Positions 10,809 to 21,338 of a DNA stretch of 64,000 nucleotides are shown here, piece after piece. This DNA comes from Prochlorococcus sp. AG-347-K10 (GTDB lineage Bacteria > Cyanobacteriota > Cyanobacteriia > PCC-6307 > Cyanobiaceae), in NCBI GenBank assembly GCA_003278955.1, contig QCCB01000007.1:911-64910 (forward strand), in the 5' to 3' direction. The notes under the pieces are model-generated. The model worked only from the letters and a program-made list of their open reading frames with translations, did not search any database and had not been told where the DNA came from. Made by a program: the position numbers and the translations under genes. How positions within the stretch are numbered: the stretch's first letter is position 1; every line of letters begins with the position of its first letter.

Positions 10809-11061
10809 CTATATTGACTCTTTTTCTATTTCTTAAATTTCTTTTGATGCTTTCAAAACTTACGGTTCCTTCTTTGAGTGCAAAAAGGGTGTCATCTTTA
10901 CCTTTCCCAACGTTGATCCCAGGCAAAAAGGATGTACCTCTTTGGCGAATTAGAATTGATCCAGCAGTTACTTTTTCTCCTCCATAAGCTTTAACACCCA
11001 ATCTCTTGGAATTTGAATCTCGACCGTTTCTAGTAGAACCTGTTCCTTTTTTATGTGCCAT
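10801..11061 (-). CDS. rpmA: 50S ribosomal protein L27
   Basis: [17 protein letters not shown]-terminus. Confidence 0.99.
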   Translation of the reverse strand: MAHKKGTGSTRNGRDSNSKRLGVKAYGGEKVTAGSILIRQRGTSFLPGINVGKGKDDTLFALKEGTVSFESIKRNLRNRKRVNIVI

Positions 11062-11070
11062 TAGAAATGT

Positions 11071-11511
11071 TTAATCTGTAGATTTTTCGGAGTTTGGTTT
11101 AGTTTCCTTTTTGACAGTTTCTTTTTTTGAAGAAGACTTAGGAGTACCTTTACCTATTGAAATTGATTTTACCATAACTCTTGTAAGTTCTTGTCTATGT
11201 CCCATTTTTCTTCTTGTCTTTTTTTTTGGACGCATTTTGTATACAAGAATTTTCTTGTCTCTTTTATGGGAGACAACTTCTAATTCAATTTTTGCATCCT
11301 TGACGTAAGGTTTTCCAACAGTAACAGAATCTTTGTCTTTTAAGAGTAGTACTTTTTCTAGTATTATCTTATCTTTCTCTTTTGCATTTAACCTGTCTAT
11401 GTCATAGTATCTGTTAACTTCGAACCAAAATTGTTGACCCGATGTTTCTGCTATGGCGTACAATTCATTAATTTTTAAAGAATTGTTTGAAGAGTTTTTA
11501 GAATTTGTCAT
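11071..11511 (-). CDS. rplU: 50S ribosomal protein L21
   Basis: YAIAETSGQQF and KKKTRRKMGHRQELT motifs; directly upstream of rpmA. Confidence 0.97.
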   Translation of the reverse strand: MTNSKNSSNNSLKINELYAIAETSGQQFWFEVNRYYDIDRLNAKEKDKIILEKVLLLKDKDSVTVGKPYVKDAKIELEVVSHKRDKKILVYKMRPKKKTRRKMGHRQELTRVMVKSISIGKGTPKSSSKKETVKKETKPNSEKSTD

Positions 11512-11654
11512 ATCTTAAAGACGCTATCAGGCTCAAATTGATAATTTGATTTAGCCAAATAAGCAATCATAGTAATTTGTATATTTTCTTATTTTGTAGT
11601 GTAATAAGTCAAGGTTTGTTTTAAATCTTTTATATCAATTGTGGAACTATAACA

Positions 11655-11972
11655 ATGGCAGCAAGAAAAACATACATTTTAAAACTTTATGTTGCTGGAA
11701 ATACTCCTAATTCAATGAGAGCTTTAAATACTTTAAGAGGAATTTTAGAAAATGAATTCAAAGGAGTTTATGCTTTGAAGGTTATTGATGTACTTAAGCA
11801 ACCACAACTTGCAGAAGAAGATAAGATTTTAGCTACCCCAACCTTAGCTAAAATTTTACCGCCACCAGTGAGAAAAATAATAGGAGATCTTTCAGATAGA
11901 GAGAAAGTTTTAATTGGTTTAGATCTACTTTTTGATGAATTAACAGAAAGTGAATATAGTGGAAATAAATAA
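11655..11972 (+). CDS. kaiB: Circadian clock protein KaiB
   Basis: [37 protein letters not shown]. Confidence 0.98.
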   Translation: MAARKTYILKLYVAGNTPNSMRALNTLRGILENEFKGVYALKVIDVLKQPQLAEEDKILATPTLAKILPPPVRKIIGDLSDREKVLIGLDLLFDELTESEYSGNK

Positions 11973-12044
11973 TATATTTTAGACTTTTAATAATTAAAGA
12001 AAAATTCAAAATTTATTTTACTTTTGTTTTATTAGCAGAAAACT

Positions 12045-13574
12045 ATGAATGATAAGAAAATTGGCAAATCAAATAAAATGCAAGTACAAAAATTGCCAAC
12101 GGGAATTGAAGGCTTTGATGATGTTTGTAGGGGTGGGTTACCTGTATCTAGAAGTACACTTGTTAGTGGTACGTCAGGAACTGGTAAAACTGTTTTTTCA
12201 CTGCAATATTTACACCATGGAATTTGTAATTTTGATGAACCTGGAATCTTTGTAACTTTTGAGGAATCACCCTTAGATATTATTAGAAATGCCGCGAGTT
12301 TTGGTTGGGATTTACAAGAATTAATTGATCAAAATAAACTTTTTATCTTGGATGCTTCTCCTGACCCTGATGGTCAGGATGTCGCGGGTAACTTTGACTT
12401 GTCTGGTCTAATTGAGAGAATTAGTTATGCAATTAGAAAATATAAAGCTAAAAGAGTTGCAATAGATTCAATTACTGCTGTCTTTCAGCAGTATGATGCC
12501 ATCTACGTTGTTAGACGAGAAATATTTAGACTCATAGCAAGATTAAAAGAGATAGGTGTGACGACAGTTATGACTACAGAAAGGGTTGATGATTATGGAC
12601 CAATTGCTAGATATGGGGTAGAAGAATTTGTATCTGATAATGTTGTCTTATTAAGAAATGTTCTTGAGTCAGAGAAGAGAAGAAGAACTTTAGAAGTTTT
12701 GAAGTTAAGAGGTACTGTGCATATGAAAGGTGAATATCCATTCACTATGGGGATGGATGGAATAAGTGTGTTTGCCCTTGGAGCAATGAGATTAACGCAG
12801 AGATCATCAAATATTAGGATTAGTTCCGGAGTTAAAGATCTTGATGATATGTGTGGTGGGGGATATTTTCAAGATTCCATTATTCTCGCCACTGGAGCTA
12901 CTGGTACAGGCAAAACTATGCTTGTATCAAAATTTGTTGAAGATGCTTATAACAATAATGAAAGAGCAATACTTTTTGCATATGAAGAATCTAGGGCTCA
13001 ATTGCTTAGGAATGCAACTAGCTGGGGAATAGATTTTGAAAATATGGAAAGTGATGGGTTATTGAAAATCATTTGTGCATATCCTGAATCAACAGGTTTA
13101 GAAGATCACTTGCAAATTATAAAAACGCAAATTAATCAATTTAAACCTAAAAGAATGGCAATTGATTCTCTCTCTGCGTTAGCCAGAGGTGTAAGTTTGA
13201 ATGCATTTAGACAGTTTGTAATTGCTGTTACTGGTTATACAAAACAAGAGGAGATAGCAGGCTTTTTTACTAATACTGCAGAAGAATTTATGGGAAGTCA
13301 TTCTATAACTGATTCTCATATCTCAACAATTACAGATACTATATTGTTGCTTCAATATGTAGAAATAAAAGGTGAGATGGCAAGAGCTTTAAATGTTTTT
13401 AAAATGCGTGGATCTTGGCATGATAAACGAATAAGAGAATTTATTATTACAAATAGTGGCCCAGAAATAAAAGATTCTTTTTCTAATTTTGAACAAATAT
13501 TTAGTGGTGCCCCTCATAGGGTTGTGCCTGATCAAAATGTTCAAAATGTTTTTAAAGGATTAGAAAATAATTAG
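12045..13574 (+). CDS. kaiC: Circadian clock protein KaiC
   Basis: Two RecA-like domains (GTSGTGKT, GATGTGKT) and phosphosite region DSHISTITDT. Confidence 0.99.
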   Translation: MNDKKIGKSNKMQVQKLPTGIEGFDDVCRGGLPVSRSTLVSGTSGTGKTVFSLQYLHHGICNFDEPGIFVTFEESPLDIIRNAASFGWDLQELIDQNKLFILDASPDPDGQDVAGNFDLSGLIERISYAIRKYKAKRVAIDSITAVFQQYDAIYVVRREIFRLIARLKEIGVTTVMTTERVDDYGPIARYGVEEFVSDNVVLLRNVLESEKRRRTLEVLKLRGTVHMKGEYPFTMGMDGISVFALGAMRLTQRSSNIRISSGVKDLDDMCGGGYFQDSIILATGATGTGKTMLVSKFVEDAYNNNERAILFAYEESRAQLLRNATSWGIDFENMESDGLLKIICAYPESTGLEDHLQIIKTQINQFKPKRMAIDSLSALARGVSLNAFRQFVIAVTGYTKQEEIAGFFTNTAEEFMGSHSITDSHISTITDTILLLQYVEIKGEMARALNVFKMRGSWHDKRIREFIITNSGPEIKDSFSNFEQIFSGAPHRVVPDQNVQNVFKGLENN

Positions 13575-15637
13575 ATAATTTCTTTACTTTCAGAATTTGC
13601 AAAAGAATCTGAATTATTAATCGCTTTTGTCAATAATTCATCTTTATCAGATTGCGCTAAGGCTAAATCAAACCAGAAAGTTGTTCCTACTCCTAATTCA
13701 CTAGCCATACGAATCTCTCCACCATGTTTTTCAATTATTCCCCGAACTATAGATAAACCTAAACCGGTACCTTGTTCTGTATGAACAGAATTCTCTACTC
13801 TATAAAAACGATCAAATATCTTTTCTTGATCAGCCTGTGATATCCCTGAGCCAGTATCAGCAATCTCAATTCTTACTTTTGGTAGTGGTGAAACTAATTC
13901 ACATTGAGGGGCTGCATTGTTTTTAATACTTGGAGGGAGAGCAGGACAAGAATCTGGCCAAGTATAAGCTCTTATAATTAATGAGCTGTTTTTTGGACTA
14001 AATTTCAATCCATTACCCAGCAAATTATCAAAAACCTGTAAAAGTAAATCAAAATTTCCAAGAATTGGAGGAATAGTTTCTTCTATATCATGAGATAATG
14101 AGACATTTTTTTCTGTAGCATTAAGTCTATAATTTCTAAGAGTCTGCTCTATTGCTGGTTTTATGTCCATTTGCTCTAGCTGAACAATTTTCCCAGACTC
14201 CAATCTTGATAAATCTAATACATCATTTACAAGTCTTGTTAACCTATCAGTCTCTGAATTTGCAATGCCCAAAAATTCTATTTGTTCTTCATCTGAAAGC
14301 TGATCTTTTAAATCATGTAAGGTCTCTACATAACTTTTGATATTAAAAAGTGGTGTCCTTAATTCATGCGAAACATTACTAATAAATCTATTTTGTGCCG
14401 CGTTAAGTTCAACTTCTCTAGTTAAATCTTGGATTGTTACAGCAATCCCTTTTAATTCAACTTTATTTGTATCTAAAACTGATTGCAAGACAATTCTTAA
14501 GGTTCTTGGGGGTTCTCCTAAACTGAATCTTAAATCGTCCTTCTCCTTTTCCCGGTTTAAAATAGATTCTATATTCGTATGTAAGTCGTTAGATAAAATC
14601 TCCGGGATTTCATTCAAAAAATGTTTACCCTCTAAGAATCTTCCCTCCCAACGAAATAATCTCTTTGCTGTTGGATTAGTAAGTACAATCTTGCCTCTTG
14701 AGTCCAATAATATGGCGCCATCAGCCATTGTAGCTATTAACGATTGTTGCTTGATTTGTGCCGCTTTAAGTTCTTCTATATTAGCTTCGTCATAATTTTC
14801 TAACTGTGTGGCCATCCTGTTAAATCCATTTAACAGTTCTCCCAGATCACCTGTCATAGGTAAAGAAATTCTAGACTTAAAATTTCCTCTTGAAATTTCT
14901 CTAACACCCCTTACTAACTCTCTGACGGGTCTTGTAATTGTTAGTGCATTAAATACAGCTCCAAGTATTACTAAAACCCAAATTGAGATAAAAACTGCAA
15001 TGGTTACTTCTCTAGTTAAGGCAGCACTGGCTAGTGCTTTTTTATTAGGGGTGACTCCCAAAGCTAAAGTTCCAAGATATTTGCCTTTCCACAACATTGG
15101 AACAAATACATCTGTTACTTGACCTTGAGGTGTAGCATGCTGCCTAACTAAAGGGAATTGTGGTCTTTTCTTTAATTCCGTGGGCAATTTTAGTCTTCTA
15201 GTGAGCTGGAACTGACTGTCTGAGCTTGTCGGTGTTGCACTGATCGGTATCCCAAGTTGAACAATATCTTCTGCATCCGTAAAGAATATATATCGCAAGT
15301 TTCGACTTGATCTCCAAAATTTTTCAGCTACGTTTGAAATTTCTTTTTTTTGGTTATTAGCGACTAATTCTGTTACATTCCCAGATAACAATAAACCAAG
15401 ATCACGAGCATATCTAGTATCATTCATTCCTGCATCTCTTTGAATACTATTTAATGCAAAAAAAGTTATTCCTGTCATAAGGAGGCTTACGACAAGAGTT
15501 GCAATAGCTAGCAACTTTGTTCTTAAACTGAAGCCACTCCACCAAGTGATGAGTCCATTAATCCAATAATTATTATTCATATCTTCATTATCAGAGATGT
15601 TATATTTTCTACTTTCTTGATCATTGTTATCCACCAT
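13571..15637 (-). CDS. nblS: Sensor histidine kinase NblS/Hik33
   Basis: Two TM helices, HAMP, PAS, H-box NVSHELRTPL, HATPase GTGLGL; periplasmic KFWRSSRNLRYIFF typical of NblS/Hik33. Confidence 0.9.
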   Translation of the reverse strand: MVDNNDQESRKYNISDNEDMNNNYWINGLITWWSGFSLRTKLLAIATLVVSLLMTGITFFALNSIQRDAGMNDTRYARDLGLLLSGNVTELVANNQKKEISNVAEKFWRSSRNLRYIFFTDAEDIVQLGIPISATPTSSDSQFQLTRRLKLPTELKKRPQFPLVRQHATPQGQVTDVFVPMLWKGKYLGTLALGVTPNKKALASAALTREVTIAVFISIWVLVILGAVFNALTITRPVRELVRGVREISRGNFKSRISLPMTGDLGELLNGFNRMATQLENYDEANIEELKAAQIKQQSLIATMADGAILLDSRGKIVLTNPTAKRLFRWEGRFLEGKHFLNEIPEILSNDLHTNIESILNREKEKDDLRFSLGEPPRTLRIVLQSVLDTNKVELKGIAVTIQDLTREVELNAAQNRFISNVSHELRTPLFNIKSYVETLHDLKDQLSDEEQIEFLGIANSETDRLTRLVNDVLDLSRLESGKIVQLEQMDIKPAIEQTLRNYRLNATEKNVSLSHDIEETIPPILGNFDLLLQVFDNLLGNGLKFSPKNSSLIIRAYTWPDSCPALPPSIKNNAAPQCELVSPLPKVRIEIADTGSGISQADQEKIFDRFYRVENSVHTEQGTGLGLSIVRGIIEKHGGEIRMASELGVGTTFWFDLALAQSDKDELLTKAINNSDSFANSESKEII

Positions 15638-15641
15638 AAGC

Positions 15642-16973
15642 TTAATTCTCCTTAGAAAAGTTTTTTCTGACTTGATGACCTATGTCATTTCTAAAGAAAA
15701 TACCCTCAAAATAAATTTCTTTTAAATTTTTGTATGCTTTTTCAAAAACCATATCGAAATCTTTATCTTGACAGACAATACTCAAGACTCTTCCTCCATT
15801 AGTAAGTAATTGACCATCTTCACTTAAACAAGTACCCGAGTCAAAAATTTGACAATCATTTGAGTCAATCTCACCTATTTTTATTTGAAAGCCAGTTTTA
15901 TATTCGTGAGGGTACCCATTGGAGGTCGCTATTACACAGCCACTAACTCTATCAGATGAATTTATCTTTTCATCACCAGTTAAATTTCCCATTGAGCATT
16001 TTTCTAAAAGAAATACAAAATTTTGATCCATCAATGGCATTATGGTTTGGCATTCTGGATCACCGAATCTGCAATTATATTCTATAACTTTGGGCCCAGA
16101 TTTTGTGATCATTAACCCGAAATAAATGACACCTCTATAGTCAATATTTCTTTTATTTAGTTCATTTATTGTAGGTTCAATTATCTCTTTGATTATCCTA
16201 TCTAGGAGATCTTCTGTTAATAATGGGGCAGGAGAATAAGCTCCCATTCCTCCTGTATTTGGCCCTTTATCTTTTTCGTTAAGACGTTTGTGGTCTTGCG
16301 CGGTTGGAAGTAATGTATATCTCTCTCCATCGCATAAAGCAAAAACTGAAACTTCTGGTCCTTGTATTCTTTCTTCTAGAACAACTACATTTCCAGAGTT
16401 GCCAAATTTACCATTAAAAATCGACTCTGCAGCTTCAAAGCATTCATCTTTTGAATTAGGTATAAAAACACCTTTGCCTGAAGCTAGACCATCAGCTTTC
16501 ACTACCAGCGGAATTGAAGACGTGTTGATAATTTTTTTGGCTTCTTCTAGAGAATTGACTTTCCAAAAGTTTGCAGTTGGAATATTTGCTTCTTGCATAA
16601 ATTCCTTCGCCCAAGATTTGCTAAATTCTAATTTTGCTCCATCTTTATTAGGACCAAATACTTTAAAATCTTCTTTGCGAAGAAAATCTGCTAATCCATT
16701 TGCAAGAGGTATTTCTGGTCCGATTACAACTAAATCTATCTCAAGAAATTTGAGCTTTTCTATAAGTTCGTTTTTGTTATCTATATCAATTTTTATTCTT
16801 TCACATTTATTTATTCTTTCTGAACCAGCGTTACCAGGTATTAAATAAACTTTTTTAACTAATTCATTTTTTTGAATAGCCCAAGCCAAAGAGTTTTCTC
16901 TACCGCCATTTCCAATTATTAAAATATTTTCTAATCTAATAAATTTGCTAGAGCTAGGTGAATGCATTACCAT
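15642..16973 (-). CDS. purD: Phosphoribosylamine-glycine ligase
   Basis: IGNGGRE, KADGLASGKGV, QDHKR, GPNTGGMG, EYNCRFGDPE motifs. Confidence 0.97.
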   Translation of the reverse strand: MVMHSPSSSKFIRLENILIIGNGGRENSLAWAIQKNELVKKVYLIPGNAGSERINKCERIKIDIDNKNELIEKLKFLEIDLVVIGPEIPLANGLADFLRKEDFKVFGPNKDGAKLEFSKSWAKEFMQEANIPTANFWKVNSLEEAKKIINTSSIPLVVKADGLASGKGVFIPNSKDECFEAAESIFNGKFGNSGNVVVLEERIQGPEVSVFALCDGERYTLLPTAQDHKRLNEKDKGPNTGGMGAYSPAPLLTEDLLDRIIKEIIEPTINELNKRNIDYRGVIYFGLMITKSGPKVIEYNCRFGDPECQTIMPLMDQNFVFLLEKCSMGNLTGDEKINSSDRVSGCVIATSNGYPHEYKTGFQIKIGEIDSNDCQIFDSGTCLSEDGQLLTNGGRVLSIVCQDKDFDMVFEKAYKNLKEIYFEGIFFRNDIGHQVRKNFSKEN

Positions 16974-17108
16974 ATATTTGTTTTTTAAGGTTATGAGGTT
17001 TCGATGAATAATTAGTTAAAATGAAAATAAAATCATTTGAAGGCGATCTCTAATAATTATGTTAATTATAAAAAAGTACTTTAGTAATAATAATGAGGTT
17101 TTAAATTA

Positions 17109-17846
17109 ATGAATAATAAATATGAGTTGATTTATGAAGGCAAAGCAAAAAAAATATTTACTCATGATGATGCAAATATAGTAAAAATCGAATTTAAAGA
17201 TGAAGCTACAGCGTTTAATGCGTTAAAAAAAGAAAAATTTGAAGGTAAAGGCAAGCTTAATTGCTTAATAAGTGCAAGAATTTTTGAGATTCTTATCAAG
17301 AAGAATATTCCAACTCATTTCATTGAACTTGAAAATGAAAATACAATGATTGCAAAAAAAATAAAAGTAATTCCATTAGAAATTGTTTTAAGAAATACTG
17401 CTTATGGTTCTTTGTGCAAACAAACCACTATTAAACCTGGAACTCTGCTATCAAAACCATTAATTGATATCTATCTTAAAAATGATGAACTTAATGATCC
17501 TCTTATTACAAAAGATAGAATTGAATTAATGAACATATTAAGCGCTCATGATTTAGAGTTAATAATAAATTTAACTTTAAAAATTAATGTAATCTTGAAA
17601 AGTTTTTTTGAAAATATTCAACTTCAACTTGTAGATTTCAAATTAGAATTTGGTTATGATTTTAGAAATAATATTATTCTTGGGGATGAAATAAGTCCTG
17701 ATAATTGTAGATTGTGGGATCTAAATCAAAAAAATGATATAATCGTAAGTCTAGATAAAGATAGATTTAGAAATGATTTAGGTGGTCTGATTGAAGCTTA
17801 CAGTGAAATTCACCGAAGAATAAACGATTTCCTTAAGCCTAATTGA
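17109..17846 (+). CDS. purC: SAICAR synthase
   Basis: YEGKAK, DFKLEFG, DEISPDNCRLWD, LDKDRFR motifs. Confidence 0.97.
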   Translation: MNNKYELIYEGKAKKIFTHDDANIVKIEFKDEATAFNALKKEKFEGKGKLNCLISARIFEILIKKNIPTHFIELENENTMIAKKIKVIPLEIVLRNTAYGSLCKQTTIKPGTLLSKPLIDIYLKNDELNDPLITKDRIELMNILSAHDLELIINLTLKINVILKSFFENIQLQLVDFKLEFGYDFRNNIILGDEISPDNCRLWDLNQKNDIIVSLDKDRFRNDLGGLIEAYSEIHRRINDFLKPN

Positions 17847-17882
17847 GTAAAGAATGATTTATTTATCTTAAGCACAATTATT

Positions 17883-20021
17883 ATGCAAAAACATTTTTTA
17901 AAATTTGGAAAGGTTTTCATAAATGTTGCCTGCTCTCCCTTTATTTTGATTTCAAATAACTCAGAATTGGCTGCTAAGTATTTGCCAAATGACGTTGATA
18001 AATCAATAACAACCTTAGGAATACCAAATATTAATAATGCTTTACTTCAAGGGATTGATATTAAAAAAAAGAAAAAAATTCTTCTTGTAGAAAATAATAA
18101 CGATATTAGTAAAGAAAGTGTTCTTATCTCAGAAATAATTATTGAAGGTTGGGAAAATCATCCTGAGGGTAGAAAACTTGAATTAGCTGCGTATGATGCT
18201 ATGAGCATCAAACCAGGAAGTATTGTTGATAATCGAATTTTAAATCAAGACCTTAATGCAATATATGCTAGTGGTTGGTTTTCAGGAGTTAAAATAAATA
18301 CTCAAGATGGGCCACTAGGCGTGAGGCTAATAGTAAATGTAGTGCCTAATCCAATCTTGAAGAAAGTTGAACTTAAACCTATAAACTCTATAGTATCGAA
18401 TGATTACGTAGATTATATTTTTAAAAATTACTATGGCACAACTCTTAACCTAAAGGAGTTTCAAAATAAGATAGAAATAATAAAAGAACGTTATGAAAAA
18501 GAGGGTTATTCCTTAGCCAGAATTAGTGGTCCAGATAGAATCTCTGAGAATGGATTAGTAATATTAAAAGTTTATGAAGGCATTATATCTGACGTAAAAA
18601 TAAGATTCCCAGATTCTGATGGTGAATTTATTATTGATGGGAAACCTAGAAAAGGGAAAACAAAAGACTGGGTCATAAAGAGAGAATTAAAAACACAACC
18701 CGGCACAATTTTTAATAGAAAAATTTTAGAAGCTGATATCGGTAGACTCTATGCCACATCATTATTTGATGATGTAAAGGTTTCTCTTGGCCCTGATAAT
18801 TCAAATCCTGGTCAAGTCATAATTTTTTTAGACTTGAGTGAGCAAAGAACAGGATCTTTAACAGGTGGAATTGGTTATAGCAATGGTTCAGGTATTTTCG
18901 CGTCAATTGGTTTACAGGAAACAAATGCACTTGGAAGAGCATGGTCTACAAATTTAAATCTAAACTTTGGAGAATATTCAACTACCTATAATTTTTCTCT
19001 ATCTGATCCATGGATTAAAGGAGATAAACATAAAACATCTTTTAGAACAAATATTTTTTTAAGTAGAGATTATCCACAAGAATTCAAAAGTGAAAATAAT
19101 GGCAAATTATATGCAGTAGATGATCAAACACCATCTAGCTCTGATACTTTTTCATCAATAGTTTTAGAAAAAACAGGAGGTGGTTTTTCTTTCTCAAGGC
19201 CATTAAATGGTGGAGATCCATTTAAGGTTGCCAAATGGAGAGTTCTTGCAGGAATGAATTTTAAGAAAGTAAAGATGATTGATGGTGATGGAAACAAAAA
19301 ACCTTATGGTGATAGAACGCCAACTACAACCAGAAATAATATAAGCGATATTATTTGTATTGGCTTTACTCCAAATGATGGTTCATGCCCTGAAGAAAAT
19401 ACATTAGTAAGTGTTATTGCAAGTACTTCTAGAAATAATTTGAACAATAACATCAACCCAACTGCAGGCAATAAATTTACCTTTGGTACCGAACAATTTA
19501 TTTCAATGGGCAAAAACTCCCCAACTTTTAATAGAATAAGGGCCTCATATTCATTTTTTATACCAACAAAATTAATAAACTTAACGAAGGCATGTAAGTC
19601 TAGTAGTGCTAATAGTGAAGACTGTCCTCAAGCTATTGGATTTCAATTTAAGGCGGGAACTATTTTTGGGGAGTTGCCTCCTTACGAAGCATTTTGTATT
19701 GGAGGGACATCATCTGTTAGAGGTTGGGGTTCTTGTGATATGGCTGTAAGTAGAAGTTTTGTTGAGGGCACAGCAGAATATAGATTTCCTGTTTGGAGAA
19801 TGATATCAGGAGCTTTATTCATCGATGGAGGAAGTGATCTAGGCTCTCAAAAGGAAGTTCCAGGAAAACCCGGTAAATTATTGCAAAAATCAGGCTCTGG
19901 TTTTTCTCTTGGAGGGGGAGTTGGAGTTAAAACACCAATAGGTCCATTAAGATTAGATGTCGCTAGCAAGGACCTAAGTGGAGATTGGAGATATACACTT
20001 GGAGTTGGATGGAAGTTTTAA
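17883..20021 (+). CDS. bamA: Outer-membrane assembly protein, BamA/Omp85 (Toc75-like)
   Basis: POTRA-like repeats, GGTSSVRGW motif, TPIGPLRLD, C-terminal Phe; upstream of lpxC-fabZ-lpxA-lpxB. Confidence 0.9.
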   Translation: MQKHFLKFGKVFINVACSPFILISNNSELAAKYLPNDVDKSITTLGIPNINNALLQGIDIKKKKKILLVENNNDISKESVLISEIIIEGWENHPEGRKLELAAYDAMSIKPGSIVDNRILNQDLNAIYASGWFSGVKINTQDGPLGVRLIVNVVPNPILKKVELKPINSIVSNDYVDYIFKNYYGTTLNLKEFQNKIEIIKERYEKEGYSLARISGPDRISENGLVILKVYEGIISDVKIRFPDSDGEFIIDGKPRKGKTKDWVIKRELKTQPGTIFNRKILEADIGRLYATSLFDDVKVSLGPDNSNPGQVIIFLDLSEQRTGSLTGGIGYSNGSGIFASIGLQETNALGRAWSTNLNLNFGEYSTTYNFSLSDPWIKGDKHKTSFRTNIFLSRDYPQEFKSENNGKLYAVDDQTPSSSDTFSSIVLEKTGGGFSFSRPLNGGDPFKVAKWRVLAGMNFKKVKMIDGDGNKKPYGDRTPTTTRNNISDIICIGFTPNDGSCPEENTLVSVIASTSRNNLNNNINPTAGNKFTFGTEQFISMGKNSPTFNRIRASYSFFIPTKLINLTKACKSSSANSEDCPQAIGFQFKAGTIFGELPPYEAFCIGGTSSVRGWGSCDMAVSRSFVEGTAEYRFPVWRMISGALFIDGGSDLGSQKEVPGKPGKLLQKSGSGFSLGGGVGVKTPIGPLRLDVASKDLSGDWRYTLGVGWKF

Positions 20022-20858
20022 GTGTTTTCTTGGCCTGCTAATTATGATTCTTGTTATACCTTGGCTGGTGTCATCTCCAGAGAGGGTATAGGCCTACATA
20101 GTGGAGAAAAAACAAGAGTTACAATTTCTCCTTATGAGAAAGAAGGATATTATGTCTCTTTTAGGGAAAAACCTAATGAAATTTTTAAGTTAACTCAGGA
20201 TTTAATTGGAAGTACCATGCTTTGTACTGCGGTTAAATTAGGGGAGAGAAATTTGTATACCATAGAACATTTATTATCTTCTTTGGCAGGGTGTGGGTTG
20301 AGTTATATACATATTGAGGTTGAGGGTAAAGAGATTCCTCTTTTAGATGGATCGGCAATTCAGTGGGTTAGAGCTTTTGAAGAAGCAGGAGTAAAAAAAG
20401 CACCTAGACCAGATAATTTCTATCGAGAGATTAATAAATCAATAATTTTAAATAAAGAAGGATCAGTTATAGCAGCAACCCCTTCTGAAAAAACTACAAT
20501 TATATCCACTATCAGTTTTGCTTATAAAGCGATTGGAAATCAAACTTTTGTGATTGATTTAAATCCAAAAAGTTTTGTTGAAATGATTGCTCCTGCTAGA
20601 ACATTTGGTTTTAAAGATCAATTTCAAGAGTTAAGTGAACTTGGATTAATAAAAGGAGGAAGTTTGGAAAATGCCCTTGTTTGTGACGGTGATAAATGGG
20701 TTAATCCACCATTAAGATTTGATAATGAACCAATAAGACATAAAATTTTAGACCTAATTGGGGACTTGGCTTTGGTAGGGTTACCTAAGGCTCAAATTTT
20801 AGTTTATAAAGGATCACATTCTTTAAATGCTTTATTGGCCTCATCGCTAAAAAATTAA
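20022..20858 (+). CDS. lpxC: UDP-3-O-acyl-N-acetylglucosamine deacetylase
   Basis: [33 protein letters not shown] motifs. Confidence 0.97.
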   Translation: MFSWPANYDSCYTLAGVISREGIGLHSGEKTRVTISPYEKEGYYVSFREKPNEIFKLTQDLIGSTMLCTAVKLGERNLYTIEHLLSSLAGCGLSYIHIEVEGKEIPLLDGSAIQWVRAFEEAGVKKAPRPDNFYREINKSIILNKEGSVIAATPSEKTTIISTISFAYKAIGNQTFVIDLNPKSFVEMIAPARTFGFKDQFQELSELGLIKGGSLENALVCDGDKWVNPPLRFDNEPIRHKILDLIGDLALVGLPKAQILVYKGSHSLNALLASSLKN

Positions 20859-20875
20859 CTTTATCTTTAATTGTT

Positions 20876-21334
20876 TTGGAAAAGAAATTATCAAGTGAAA
20901 ATAATCAACTTTCTTCTGAGCACATACTAGGTTTGTTACCTCACAGATATCCTTTTGCTCTTGTAGACAAAGTCATAGAGCATATTCCTGGGGAGAGAGC
21001 AGTTGCAGTAAAAAATGTAACTATAAATGAACCGCAATTTCAGGGACACTTTCCTGAGAGACCCTTGATGCCTGGTGTTCTTATTGTTGAATCAATGGCC
21101 CAGGTTGGTGGAATAATTGTAACGCAAATGCCCGATCTTCCTAAAGGACTTTTCGTCTTTGCTGGAATCAATAACGTTAAATTCAGAAAACCAGTTGTAC
21201 CTGGAGATCAATTGATAATTTCTTGTGAGTTATTGTCTATTAAAAGACAAAGATTTGGGAAGGTTAAAGGTGAGACGCACGTTGATGGGAAGTTGGTTTG
21301 TTCTGGAGAATTAATGTTTTCATTAGTTGATTAG
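20876..21334 (+). CDS. fabZ: 3-hydroxyacyl-ACP dehydratase
   Basis: [11 protein letters not shown] and [20 protein letters not shown] motifs. Confidence 0.97.
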   Translation: MEKKLSSENNQLSSEHILGLLPHRYPFALVDKVIEHIPGERAVAVKNVTINEPQFQGHFPERPLMPGVLIVESMAQVGGIIVTQMPDLPKGLFVFAGINNVKFRKPVVPGDQLIISCELLSIKRQRFGKVKGETHVDGKLVCSGELMFSLVD

Positions 21335-21338
21335 GGAT

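Noticed and set aside
16288-16848. 186-aa plus-strand ORF and the many other antisense or alternate-frame ORFs (e.g. 260-568, 14337-14795, 44460-44750, 59436-59765)
   Set aside because: They lie within well-supported genes, show no recognisable motifs, and have the Ser/Ile/Phe/Leu bias expected of antisense shadows
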